Positions 20,593 through 30,004 of a DNA stretch of 64,000 nt are shown piece by piece. The translations under genes were made by a program, and so were the position numbers. The notes beneath the pieces are model-generated. The model had not been told where the DNA came from and made no database searches. It worked only from the letters and a program-made list of their open reading frames with translations. This DNA is from Candidatus Micrarchaeota archaeon (GTDB lineage Archaea > Micrarchaeota > Micrarchaeia > Micrarchaeales > CABMGC01), in NCBI GenBank assembly GCA_021818995.1, contig JAKASP010000001.1, positions 289,252 to 353,251 on the forward strand, read 5' to 3'. Each line of letters starts with the position of its first letter. Within the stretch, counting starts at the first letter, position 1.

Positions 20593-21654
20593 ATGAAGAA
20601 GAACGACTGGACCCACGGGGCAACGAACAAGCTGCTGATCGTAGCGATAGTTGTCGGGCTTGTAGCGATAGCGGTTTCGTCATACGCAATCCTGAACCCG
20701 AGCACCAACACGATAATCGTGTACAGGAACAGCACGACCACCGTTTTTGTCGTGAAAGGGTACAATATAACCAGCGGCCTGCTCGAGCCACCCACAAGCT
20801 TGAGTGATGCTCCGGTGATCACGCAGAACCAGTCCTTCGGCAACAGGCTTACTGGCATAAATGCGCCATTCAACGCGAGCGAACTCAACATAATAAACAA
20901 TGCATCCAACTCGTACTTCGAAAAGGCCGGCGAGATGTTCCTCAACGGCACAATAAACAACACAGTTGGTGCAAGCACGAAAGCGCTCCCGCTGTTTATA
21001 GTAAACGGCAAGCCTACAGTCATATACCTTGGCTCGATAACGTGCATCTTCTGCGGCGAGAACAGGTGGCCGATGGCGATGGCGCTCTCAAGATTCGGCA
21101 GCTTCTCTTACCTGTTCAAGGGCTACAGCTCGATAGGCGACGGAGACATGCCAACAATCTACTGGGCGCCGGCGCACTACAACATCTCTTCAACAGTGCT
21201 GGGCGACTTCTACAGCAGCAACTACATCAATCTCATAGCGATAGAGGACGCAAACCCGATATCTGGAGGATTCAACCTAAACCCTCTCTCTACCATGCAG
21301 CAAAGGATAAACCAGACCAACAACGTCGCATACATCGATGCCATGAACTACATAATCAGCACCAACGGCTTCTCAGGCACGCCATTCACGGTTTGGGGGG
21401 CATACGAAGTTGGAGGCGCAGATGCAGTCATATTCGCTAACAACACTTCCAAGCAAGGAACCGCCCCTCTGCAGCACATGACCCACGCAGACGTGCTCAA
21501 CCAGCTCGCCAACCCCACAGATCAGTTTGCGCTTTCAGAGTACGCGGCCGCAGACCTATATATCGCCATGGTCTGCAAGACGCTCAACAACACGCCTAGC
21601 GTGTGCACCGCCATACCGTCCATAGTCAAGATAGAAGCGAAGCTGGGTCTCTAG
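20593..21654 (+). CDS. DUF929-family membrane-anchored thioredoxin-like protein
   Basis: N-terminal TM; GKPTVIYLGSITCIFCGENRWPMAMALSRFG; many N-glycosylation sequons. Confidence 0.8.
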   Translation: MKKNDWTHGATNKLLIVAIVVGLVAIAVSSYAILNPSTNTIIVYRNSTTTVFVVKGYNITSGLLEPPTSLSDAPVITQNQSFGNRLTGINAPFNASELNIINNASNSYFEKAGEMFLNGTINNTVGASTKALPLFIVNGKPTVIYLGSITCIFCGENRWPMAMALSRFGSFSYLFKGYSSIGDGDMPTIYWAPAHYNISSTVLGDFYSSNYINLIAIEDANPISGGFNLNPLSTMQQRINQTNNVAYIDAMNYIISTNGFSGTPFTVWGAYEVGGADAVIFANNTSKQGTAPLQHMTHADVLNQLANPTDQFALSEYAAADLYIAMVCKTLNNTPSVCTAIPSIVKIEAKLGL

Positions 21655-22170
21655 ATGCCAATACGGGTCAAAAAACTCCGAAGGGCAAGTGTCCTGAAGC
21701 AGATTTTCACATCCCCGCTCTACATACTTATCACGATAGCCGCGCTCGTGGCTTACTACGAGCTCTTCACCTTCCTGATAGTGAGCAGCAACGAGGGCAT
21801 CTTCTTCGTCACAGTGCCGATATACCTGATCTACGCGCTGATATTCAGCGCCTCCTTGCTCATGTCCACGAGCATCTACGCGGTGAGCCAGTCGATAAAG
21901 GCCAAGTATGCGGGCGCGGAGGGAGGGGTGCTCAGCGTCTTCACGTCTTCGATTGGTGGGCTCGTGGTCGGCTGCAGCTGCTACGCACCCATTTTCTCTT
22001 CGCTTCTCTACGCGGTGGGCTTCGGGACGCTTCAGGTGAGCAGCGCAATCTCCTTTCTTGGCGTCTACCAAACCTGGTTTGTAGCCGTGTTTATCGCCGC
22101 AAATCTAATCTTTATATATCATCAGCTCGGAAGGATAACTCGTATCGGAGGCGCGCACAGACGCAGGTAG
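21655..22170 (+). CDS. Four-TM membrane protein with a GCSCYAP motif
   Basis: Hydrophobic segments; ATG immediately follows the upstream TAG. Confidence 0.8.
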   Translation: MPIRVKKLRRASVLKQIFTSPLYILITIAALVAYYELFTFLIVSSNEGIFFVTVPIYLIYALIFSASLLMSTSIYAVSQSIKAKYAGAEGGVLSVFTSSIGGLVVGCSCYAPIFSSLLYAVGFGTLQVSSAISFLGVYQTWFVAVFIAANLIFIYHQLGRITRIGGAHRRR

Positions 22171-22179
22171 AATGCGCGC

Positions 22180-23208
22180 GTGTTGTTTGGCATGCAGGCA
22201 CATAGAACCAAGACCTTGGGAAGGGGAAGAAAGGCCACAGCTAGAGGAAAGAAACCTCGAAGGAATGCAAATGTGGCAATCCCGGCAGAGGTGTCGAACA
22301 GCCATGAGGAGATGCTTATCAAGCGGGTCATAGAGCAGCCTCGAAAGCCGCAGAGCCGCCACCTTGAGCTCCAGGACATAATATATAATTCCGCACCAGA
22401 GCTGCGCGCACTAGCTTTCAAGTCAGGATACAACCTCGGGGTCGAGGCTTTCGAAAGGTCCAAGGGCGGGATGGATGCGCTTGAACACGTGCTTGAGAAC
22501 GCGGGTTTCGGCAAGATGATCTACCACCCTTTCGAGTCAATGAGCACGTTCACCACATACGCGACACGCGCACATTCGCAAAATCTCGGGATGGACATGC
22601 ATGTCTTCGAGGCAGGTGTCATATCAGGCTACCTCTCGGCGCACGCGGGCCGCAACATATCCGTTGAGGAGACGTCCTGCGTATACAACGGCGCAACGCA
22701 CTGTATGTTCGTGGCCAAGACGCACGGAGGAGTCGGAACCGACTCCTATAGGTATCTAGATCTTCCGAAGGTAATGCTTGCGTTCAGGCACGCGCTATCG
22801 CATGCGCAGAAGCAGCACGGCGAAACCAGCTACTACATGCTTTCCGTAAGACCTTTGCTCAATGAGCCAGTTGTGTCAGAGGCCTCGAAGTTCCTCTATC
22901 TGCTCGGCAAGCTGCTGACTGCCCAGAGCACCCCGGACCCGAAGCGCACCATAACGCAGGCAATAAACTTCTTAGGCATAGATGGCGCAAAAGTTTCCTC
23001 TACCAAGAAGAGAGGCCTGGAGATAAGCCTTGTGTACGGCCGCAGCGCCTCTTACGGCCATTTCGTGGATCTCACAACCGCATTCATCTCTGGTCTTGCG
23101 AAAGGAGCTTATGGCAGGAATGTGCAGGTGAGCAGGAACCTGAGCAGCAGAGGAGTTTATAATGTTAAGATGGGACTACAGGAGAGCGGCAGCAGGGAAG
23201 TGGCTTAG
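22180..23208 (+). CDS. V4R (4-vinyl reductase/Bet3-like) domain protein, apparently two tandem domains
   Basis: FEAGVISGYLS...VEETSCVYNGATHCMF; second repeat AFISGLAKG; start uncertain. Confidence 0.78.
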   Translation: MLFGMQAHRTKTLGRGRKATARGKKPRRNANVAIPAEVSNSHEEMLIKRVIEQPRKPQSRHLELQDIIYNSAPELRALAFKSGYNLGVEAFERSKGGMDALEHVLENAGFGKMIYHPFESMSTFTTYATRAHSQNLGMDMHVFEAGVISGYLSAHAGRNISVEETSCVYNGATHCMFVAKTHGGVGTDSYRYLDLPKVMLAFRHALSHAQKQHGETSYYMLSVRPLLNEPVVSEASKFLYLLGKLLTAQSTPDPKRTITQAINFLGIDGAKVSSTKKRGLEISLVYGRSASYGHFVDLTTAFISGLAKGAYGRNVQVSRNLSSRGVYNVKMGLQESGSREVA

Positions 23209-24678
23209 ATGAACCTGAATTTTCTCGATTCGATACTGAAATACGTGCCCGGCATCAACAAACCCGCGGCACCGCTCACGTTCAAGGAGAAGCTCAAGTG
23301 GACAGTAATCATAATGAGCGTCTATTTCCTGATGTTCAGCACTCCTGCGTTCGGCGTTAGCACCGCGACGATAAACCAGCCGCTCATACAGCTCATAAGC
23401 GTCATCTTCGCCTCGAGGATAGGAAGCCTCATCACGGTGGGCATAGGCCCGATAGTGCTTGCGAGCATAGTGCTGCAGCTAGTGATAGGTGCGGGGCTCT
23501 TCGAGATAGACCTCAACGACCCTGAGCAGAAGGGCAGGTTCCAGGCGATACAGAAGATGGCCGCGATGGCAATAGCGGTTATAGAGTCGTACATATTCGT
23601 GGCAACAGGATACGTGCCTGTCGTGGGCCCGTCGTACGTCGGCGCGGTGGTGGTCCAGCTGGCGATCAGCGCCATATTCATCATCTTCCTCGACGAGACG
23701 ATGACCAAGTGGGGCATAACCTCGGGAATAAACCTCTTCATCGCAGGAGGCGTCGCTTACTCCATAATAGCCGGAACCAGCAGCATACTTCTCGCAGAAG
23801 CTGTCAAGGCGATACAGACAGGCGGCGCGACCGCAATACCAAACGCGATACTCGCCTTCGGCCCTCTCTTCTTCGCGATAATAGTGTTTTTGGTGAGCAT
23901 CTACGCTTATGACATGAAAGTTGAGATACCCCTGGTCTTCACGCAGATAAGGGGCGTGGGCGGGCGTCTTCCTATACCGTTCCTCTACGTCAGCGTCCTT
24001 CCTGTCATACTCGCGACATCGTTCGAGCTGAGTCTTACTGTATGGTTACGGTTCTTTGCAGGCATTACTGGCACGTTTGCCAATCTCGTGAAGTTCATAG
24101 CCCTGTATCAGGCCACTCCGACAAGCACCGGGGCGTCGCAGCTGAACCTGGTCGGTGGGCTTGTCTACCTCATCTCGCCTAACTTTCCGCTTCCGTACTC
24201 GACGGCATACGGCGGCATCGGAGGCTACAGCGCCTACTTCTCGTACCTAGCTACTGGCACGAGCCAGCTCTACCTGCCGTGGGGAGGCATCGTGGCTGTG
24301 CCCGAGTTCGTACACATAATAATCTACACCCTCGTGCTCGTAGTGCTCGCCGTGATATTCGGAAAGTTCTGGATAGAGATGACAGGCCAGAGCCCCCACC
24401 ACGTGGCGGAGCAGCTGCAGGACGTAGGCTGGCAGGTCCCTGGATTCAGGCGCGACCCGAGAATAGTGGAGAGCATACTGAACAAGTACATACCTACAAT
24501 AACAGTACTCGGAAGCGTGTTCGTCGCGCTTCTCGCGTCGCTTGCTACGCTGACCGGCGCAGTGGGCACCGGAATGGGAATACTGCTTACCGTAGGCATA
24601 ATGTACATGGTCTACCAGCAGCTCGAGCAGGAGCACGCCCTCGAGCAGTACCCCGAGCTCAACAAGATGCTCTCATAG
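23209..24678 (+). CDS. secY: Preprotein translocase subunit SecY
   Basis: GIGPIV, KWGITSGINLFI, PGFRRD, GTGMGILLTV. Confidence 0.97.
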   Translation: MNLNFLDSILKYVPGINKPAAPLTFKEKLKWTVIIMSVYFLMFSTPAFGVSTATINQPLIQLISVIFASRIGSLITVGIGPIVLASIVLQLVIGAGLFEIDLNDPEQKGRFQAIQKMAAMAIAVIESYIFVATGYVPVVGPSYVGAVVVQLAISAIFIIFLDETMTKWGITSGINLFIAGGVAYSIIAGTSSILLAEAVKAIQTGGATAIPNAILAFGPLFFAIIVFLVSIYAYDMKVEIPLVFTQIRGVGGRLPIPFLYVSVLPVILATSFELSLTVWLRFFAGITGTFANLVKFIALYQATPTSTGASQLNLVGGLVYLISPNFPLPYSTAYGGIGGYSAYFSYLATGTSQLYLPWGGIVAVPEFVHIIIYTLVLVVLAVIFGKFWIEMTGQSPHHVAEQLQDVGWQVPGFRRDPRIVESILNKYIPTITVLGSVFVALLASLATLTGAVGTGMGILLTVGIMYMVYQQLEQEHALEQYPELNKMLS

Positions 24679-24688
24679 GGATGCAGAA

Positions 24689-25372
24689 ATGACAGGCCCT
24701 TTATACAAGCTTCAGGCATCAGATGCAAAAACCCCAAGAGAGATAACAATCGACGTCACGAAGTCCGCCTCTTCATTTCCTGTTCTTGGCGAAGGGCTGA
24801 AAACAGTTCTTACCAAAGTGCTCCGTAACGATGCGCTCGGGATAGAAGACGTAGTTGAATTCGGAGCCGGAAAGCTCAAGAACGCTCCATTTGTACTGAA
24901 AATGGGGAAGAGCGTATGTGCGGTAGAGTTCCCAGAGCTTAGCGCAAACCCTATCGCGCAGAGCAACTACAACATATGCGAAAAGTACGACGGTCGCTTC
25001 AGAAGGCTAACCCCGGAGGAGTTCAAGGAAGACAAGCAGAAATTTGACCTCGCGCTACTCATAAACGTGATCGCGACGATGCCTGTCGCCTCGGAGCGCA
25101 CCGCAGCTCTGAAGCTTATCAACCAAAAACTTAAGGACGGGAAATTCGCACTGTGGTTTGCCCTGAAGGGCGATGATCGCTACACGAGAAGAATGGAAGA
25201 AGGGAAAACCTGCGGCGATGGAGTGTGGCTTGGAGAAAACCAACGCGTGCAGACGTTCTACAAGCGCTATTTGCCAGAGGAGATTGTGGACCTGATGCAC
25301 GAAGCGGGCTTTGCGCCTTTTGACCGATTCCATGTAGAGACAAACCATGCGATGCTCTTCAGAAAAGGCTAG
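24689..25372 (+). CDS. Class I SAM-dependent methyltransferase-like protein
   Basis: VVEFGAGK motif I; FDLALLINVI. Confidence 0.65.
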   Translation: MTGPLYKLQASDAKTPREITIDVTKSASSFPVLGEGLKTVLTKVLRNDALGIEDVVEFGAGKLKNAPFVLKMGKSVCAVEFPELSANPIAQSNYNICEKYDGRFRRLTPEEFKEDKQKFDLALLINVIATMPVASERTAALKLINQKLKDGKFALWFALKGDDRYTRRMEEGKTCGDGVWLGENQRVQTFYKRYLPEEIVDLMHEAGFAPFDRFHVETNHAMLFRKG

Positions 25373-25374
25373 CT

Positions 25375-26274
25375 CTAGTACATCGCTTCCAGTCTCTTTA
25401 TCCTCTCCTCTATCGGCGGGTGCGTAGAGAAGAGGTTCATGATGCTGTTCGCCTTGAAAGGATTCGCGAAGTAGAGAGATGCGGTTATCTCGTTCGCGTG
25501 CATAACAGGCGTCGCGCGCGGGTTCTTCTCGTATGCCTCTATCTTCTTAAGAGCGCTGGCCAGCTCGGCAGGGTTTCGCGTGACCCTGGCGCCGTTCGCA
25601 TCGGCCATGTACTCCCTCCTTCTCGATATCGCAAGGCGTATCAGTATTGCAAAGAGCGGGGCGAGGAGGCCCACCGCGAAAGCAACAAGCAGGAAGATTC
25701 CCCCGTTGTTCCTGTTTCCTCCGCCGAACCCGAAGCCCCAGAAGATCATGTTTCTGAAGTACGCGGCTATGAGCCCTATCGCTCCGGCGAAGGCTATCGC
25801 AATCGTCATCACCAGTATGTCGTTATCGCCTATGTGCGAGAGCTCGTGCGAGATCACGCCCTCAAGCTCGTTCTTGTTCATCATAGAGAGAAGGCCGCTT
25901 GTGAAGGCGACAGACGGCTTGCTCCTTCTGCCTGTGGCGAACGCGTTCGGGTTCGGGTCGTCGATTATGTACACTTTCGGCATCTTTATCTGCATCGCAG
26001 AAGAAAGCCCCTCGACCGAGGCGTAGAGGTCAGCGTATTGCTTCTGGTCCGCCTCCTTCGCCCTGGATATCGCTAGCACGAGCCTGTCTCCGCTGAAGTA
26101 GCTGAACGCCGCGTAGAGTATAAGCAGCAGCACCCCTATCGCGAATGCTATGATGCCGCCTCCCAGAACGAACACCACCAGGTAGAGTATTGCTGAGAAG
26201 AAGAGCATGAACACAGCGAGCAGTATGAACGACTTGAGGTTGTTGCGCGCTATTTCGTCAAAGAAACTGGCCAT
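25375..26274 (-). CDS. htpX: M48 zinc metalloprotease HtpX
   Basis: PNAFATG, HELSH, SRRREYMAD, FSTHPP. Confidence 0.95.
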   Translation of the reverse strand: MASFFDEIARNNLKSFILLAVFMLFFSAILYLVVFVLGGGIIAFAIGVLLLILYAAFSYFSGDRLVLAISRAKEADQKQYADLYASVEGLSSAMQIKMPKVYIIDDPNPNAFATGRRSKPSVAFTSGLLSMMNKNELEGVISHELSHIGDNDILVMTIAIAFAGAIGLIAAYFRNMIFWGFGFGGGNRNNGGIFLLVAFAVGLLAPLFAILIRLAISRRREYMADANGARVTRNPAELASALKKIEAYEKNPRATPVMHANEITASLYFANPFKANSIMNLFSTHPPIEERIKRLEAMY

Positions 26275-26293
26275 TAAACATCACCGCCTGCAG

Positions 26294-26902
26294 CTACTTC
26301 TTCTGGGGCTTGCCGCCCTTCGCCTGCGGCGCGTTCTGAGCGTCGTCGCTTGTAAGGTCGACCTTTATCGCTGCCTTCTCCTCTTCCGGAGCTTGGAAGA
26401 AGTCCTGGCGCTTGAAGCCCATTGGTCCAGCGAAAAGGTTTCCAGGAAACTGCTGTATCGCGTTGTTGTAATCGAGCACGTAGTCGTTGTAAGATGTGCG
26501 CACGAACGAGATCTTGTTCTCTGTATTCTCAAGTTCGCTCTGCAGGTTCTGGTAAGTTTGAGAGGCCTTAAGGTCCGGATAGTTCTCGGCAACTGCGAAG
26601 AGGCTCTTGAGCGCCTGGCTGAGCATGTTGTTCGCCTGCGCCTTGTCCTGCACGCTTCCAGACACTATCGAGCTCCTGAGCTGCGTTATCTGAGTAAGCA
26701 CGCTCTTCTCGTACTTCATGTAGCCTTTGACAGTCTCCACAAGGTTGGGGATAAGGTCGTACCTTCGCTTCAGCTGCACGTCTATCTGAGCCCACGCGTC
26801 CTGCACCCTGTTCCTCTTGCCGATGAGGCCGTTGTATATCAGGACTACTATCGCTGCGATAACGACAATTACCGCAACCGCTGCCGTGAGTGCGTCTACC
26901 AC
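26294..26902 (-). CDS. lemA: LemA family protein
   Basis: YN.LI, IDVQLKRRYDLIPNLV, ENYPDLKA; canonical lemA-htpX pair. Confidence 0.95.
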   Translation of the reverse strand: MVDALTAAVAVIVVIAAIVVLIYNGLIGKRNRVQDAWAQIDVQLKRRYDLIPNLVETVKGYMKYEKSVLTQITQLRSSIVSGSVQDKAQANNMLSQALKSLFAVAENYPDLKASQTYQNLQSELENTENKISFVRTSYNDYVLDYNNAIQQFPGNLFAGPMGFKRQDFFQAPEEEKAAIKVDLTSDDAQNAPQAKGGKPQKK

Positions 26903-26944
26903 AAAATCAGTAGGAATTCGCTCTATAAGTATAAAAATACTCCA

Positions 26945-28057
26945 CTACCTTATGGGTTTCAGGAACGGGTCCCCTTTCGGATTCGTGCTCAGCATGAAAT
27001 ATTGCACAGGCACCGAGTAATCGGTTCCGCGCTCAAAGTACTCGCGCGCTTCCCTGAACTCAGCCCCCAGGACCACTCTGTACTCTATGTGCTCAAGCTC
27101 TTTCAGGTCAGGGCAGGAGGCCTCAACTGCGTCGTACGCCCGGTCTGAGTTCTTTGGAACGAAGAGCGTGCCGTGGCCCAGCACAAGCACGTCGCTGTCC
27201 TCGACAGCAGTAACCTTTATCTTGCCGTCTTCCGTCCTCTCAAAATTCTCCGGGGTACCCCACCAACATATCCAGTGGGTCCTGCTGTGCAGTTCCGTGG
27301 CCGTCCACTTCCCATCCCCGCCTTTCACCATCCTAATGCCGAACGGCTCGTATTCAGGATTGGGATTCACGACCAGATTCTCCACAGGCACCTTCACATC
27401 GCCTATCTCGGTGTCTATGTTGTACCTGTGCATGTAGAACATGAATTTGCTTATGACAGCTCCGCTGCTCCAGTCAATTTCGCTCTCAAGGAATGGAACA
27501 ACATGCTCCGGACCCTTCTTCGGCACCCCGTCCTTGAAGTAGCTGATCACATTAGCCTTGAATACGTAAGCCGACGCGTCTTTAGTGAAAGACGCGGTCT
27601 CCTTCTTGTAGTTGTCTATCGCCCAATACGGCGTGTCTTCTAGTATGAGGCTTCTCATCAGATCCGGCGAAATCCTGAGCCCCGGAGTCGGATACTTCAT
27701 GCTCGTCGCCAGTGCCTCCCATTCCCTTCCCCTGAGGTGCTGCTCAACATACTCTACGCACGCGACGAGTATCTCCCTCTCTTCCTCAGTCACAGAATCG
27801 CTGGCCATCCTGCCTTTAAGTGACCCGATCTTTCTGAGGACTTTGGCATTCGCCCTCGCTTCAACGCGCATCCTTGCATCGCCCAAGCCAACCGCCCTCA
27901 CCGCATAGCCAAGTCTCGCCTTTCTGTCTTCATCCTGCACTCTTGATCTGTCGATCCTTAGCAGGTGTTCCAGTTCCCCTACAACCTTTTTCCATGTGAG
28001 GTCATTCCTTGCATTTGCATCGCTCGCAATAGCATCGTTGGCAGTTAGCCTTATCAC
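26945..28057 (-). CDS. Hypothetical protein, paralog of the adjacent upstream gene
   Basis: Shares GLRISPDL, FKAxVISYF, VPKKGPEH, PNPEYEP, SRxHW, GH and DPFxKPxR with its neighbour. Confidence 0.85.
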   Translation of the reverse strand: MIRLTANDAIASDANARNDLTWKKVVGELEHLLRIDRSRVQDEDRKARLGYAVRAVGLGDARMRVEARANAKVLRKIGSLKGRMASDSVTEEEREILVACVEYVEQHLRGREWEALATSMKYPTPGLRISPDLMRSLILEDTPYWAIDNYKKETASFTKDASAYVFKANVISYFKDGVPKKGPEHVVPFLESEIDWSSGAVISKFMFYMHRYNIDTEIGDVKVPVENLVVNPNPEYEPFGIRMVKGGDGKWTATELHSRTHWICWWGTPENFERTEDGKIKVTAVEDSDVLVLGHGTLFVPKNSDRAYDAVEASCPDLKELEHIEYRVVLGAEFREAREYFERGTDYSVPVQYFMLSTNPKGDPFLKPIR

Positions 28058-28117
28058 AATTCTCCCCGTTAGTGTTCTGCGCAGCCCTTTAAATCAGTTG
28101 ACGTTAGCCGCGTCGCT

Positions 28118-29236
28118 CTATCTGAGCGGCTTCGAGAACGGGTCGCTTCGCAGGTCTGTCTTCTCCATAACGAACGCCATGGGTGTGTCATAGACCTCTC
28201 CGTGCCTGTAGTAGTCCCTGGCGCCGGTCATCAATATCCAGAGATACGCCTCCTGCTGCACGTGCACCAGCCTGTGCAGCTCTGGGCTGAGCTTCAGTAT
28301 TGTGCTGTACGCAACACCCGGGTTCTTGGTAACGAAGACCGCGGCATGCCCGTATACCACGCTCTCGGTATCTGGCCTTGCCGTAACCTTGAGCAGGCCA
28401 TCGTATGTCTTCTCGATCAGCTCCACAGGCACCTGGTACGGTATCCAGTGGCTCCTGCTGAGCCCAGCAATTACACGCAGCGTCCCATCGGCATCGTATC
28501 TGAGCCTGAAGCCTACGGGCTCATACTCGGGGTTCGGGCTAAGCGCAAGGTTCGCTATATTCACCACCTGCCCCTTGACGTACGTATCGATCTCGTATCT
28601 CGACATTATGAAGAGGTATATTCCGCTCACTCTTCCCGTGTCCCACTCTATGTCGCTTTCAAGTATCGGCACAGCGTGCTCCGGCCCCTTCTTAGGTACG
28701 CTTTTCTGGAAGTAGCTTATGACATCGGCCTTGAACGAGTATCCCGCGGCGCCCACCGCCTCTACAACCATCTCCTTGTACTTCCTCATGGCCTCTTCTG
28801 GACTTTTCTCCAGGATGAGCATCCTTGCCAGGTCCGGCGAGATTCTTAGCCCGAAGTTCTGCTCGTCGAGCGTGAGCACAAGCGCCTTCCACTCCCTCAT
28901 CTTCAGGTACTTCTCAACGTACTCAACAAGAGCCTCCGTCGCTTCCCTCGTTTCAGCGTCGGTTATCCTGCCGGAGAGCAGCATCAGCTTCAGCTCCGCG
29001 ATGTTCTTCTGCACAGCCTTGTTCAGCTTCCTGGTCGGCGGCGCCTTTCCGTCTGGTTCTACGCCCATGAGGCCCATCGAGTACGTGAACCTTGCGAGCA
29101 CATCGTCGCTGCTGACCCTGGGATTCGTCTCTCCCCTAAGCTCTTTTCTGAGTACTTCCAAGGTCTCTTTGGCTATCGGCACTTTCCGCTTTAGCAGATA
29201 CTCCTGTCTGACCTTGGGTGTCTCATATTCCCCGAT
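28118..29236 (-). CDS. Hypothetical protein, paralog of 26945-28057; start at ATC 29236 proposed (ORF track: GTG 29182)
   Basis: Shared motifs as above; GGAGGTG lies 5 nt upstream of an in-frame ATC. Confidence 0.8.
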   Translation of the reverse strand: MGEYETPKVRQEYLLKRKVPIAKETLEVLRKELRGETNPRVSSDDVLARFTYSMGLMGVEPDGKAPPTRKLNKAVQKNIAELKLMLLSGRITDAETREATEALVEYVEKYLKMREWKALVLTLDEQNFGLRISPDLARMLILEKSPEEAMRKYKEMVVEAVGAAGYSFKADVISYFQKSVPKKGPEHAVPILESDIEWDTGRVSGIYLFIMSRYEIDTYVKGQVVNIANLALSPNPEYEPVGFRLRYDADGTLRVIAGLSRSHWIPYQVPVELIEKTYDGLLKVTARPDTESVVYGHAAVFVTKNPGVAYSTILKLSPELHRLVHVQQEAYLWILMTGARDYYRHGEVYDTPMAFVMEKTDLRSDPFSKPLR

Positions 29237-29348
29237 AGAGCCACCTCCGGTTTTCAGTTACGTCTTCCCCGTTCTATTATCAGTAAACTGCCTTTATACG
29301 GCTTCTGTGCATATTCGTTAATCGTTTCATTTTTCCGGCTTTCCATGG

Positions 29349-29726
29349 CTAAGAAAATTGCCTGTTTATGTATGCAATTCCTCCTCTGACCGAGACTGCA
29401 ATGTTTGCGTACTCGCCGTCAGGGCACATCGTCCCCGGAGCAAACGAGACCTTGTCTACAATATAGAAAGATCCGTACCTAGTGGAGATTGAATTGTTGT
29501 TTGCGGTGGCTTCGCAAAGCCCCTGCGGCAGATAGACGTTTCCGGAAAAAGCGCCTGACGAAAGAAGCGCGCCATTTATCACATCTATAAACTGCGACAG
29601 CCCGAAGGAACCCGTGCTGGCTCCGATTCCCGCGTAACTCCTCTCTGTAACTCCCAAGGCAAAGGCGAAGGAGAGCCCGGCTAGCGCTACGTAGAGCATG
29701 AGCTCGAGCGAGAGCTGGGCCCTCAC
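29349..29726 (-). CDS. Pilin-like protein with a class III signal peptide
   Basis: RA|QLSLE followed by a hydrophobic helix. Confidence 0.78.
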   Translation of the reverse strand: MRAQLSLELMLYVALAGLSFAFALGVTERSYAGIGASTGSFGLSQFIDVINGALLSSGAFSGNVYLPQGLCEATANNNSISTRYGSFYIVDKVSFAPGTMCPDGEYANIAVSVRGGIAYINRQFS

Positions 29727-29728
29727 GG

Positions 29729-29995
29729 CTACACGCCGTTGCTAGTCAGCGAGCCTAGTTCCTTACCTATTGCCGTAGCTACGCCCACGCTGGATCCGTT
29801 CACGGTGACGTTGCTGACAACAGCGCCCTTCAGCTTTACCACCATGGCGAGGGCCAGCACTATCACTATGCTCGCAGCAGCCACCATCATTATGTACTCC
29901 AGGGAGCTCTGCGCCTTCTTGCTCCTGGCGAGCGCGAACAAAGCAATTGCGCTCGCAGGCAGGAACCTGTCCGTTGTCTTTTCTATCAAGTCCAT
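29729..29995 (-). CDS. Type IV pilin with a class III signal peptide
   Basis: KKA|QSSLEY followed by a hydrophobic helix. Confidence 0.85.
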   Translation of the reverse strand: MDLIEKTTDRFLPASAIALFALARSKKAQSSLEYIMMVAAASIVIVLALAMVVKLKGAVVSNVTVNGSSVGVATAIGKELGSLTSNGV

Positions 29996-30004
29996 TCATT
30001 CACC

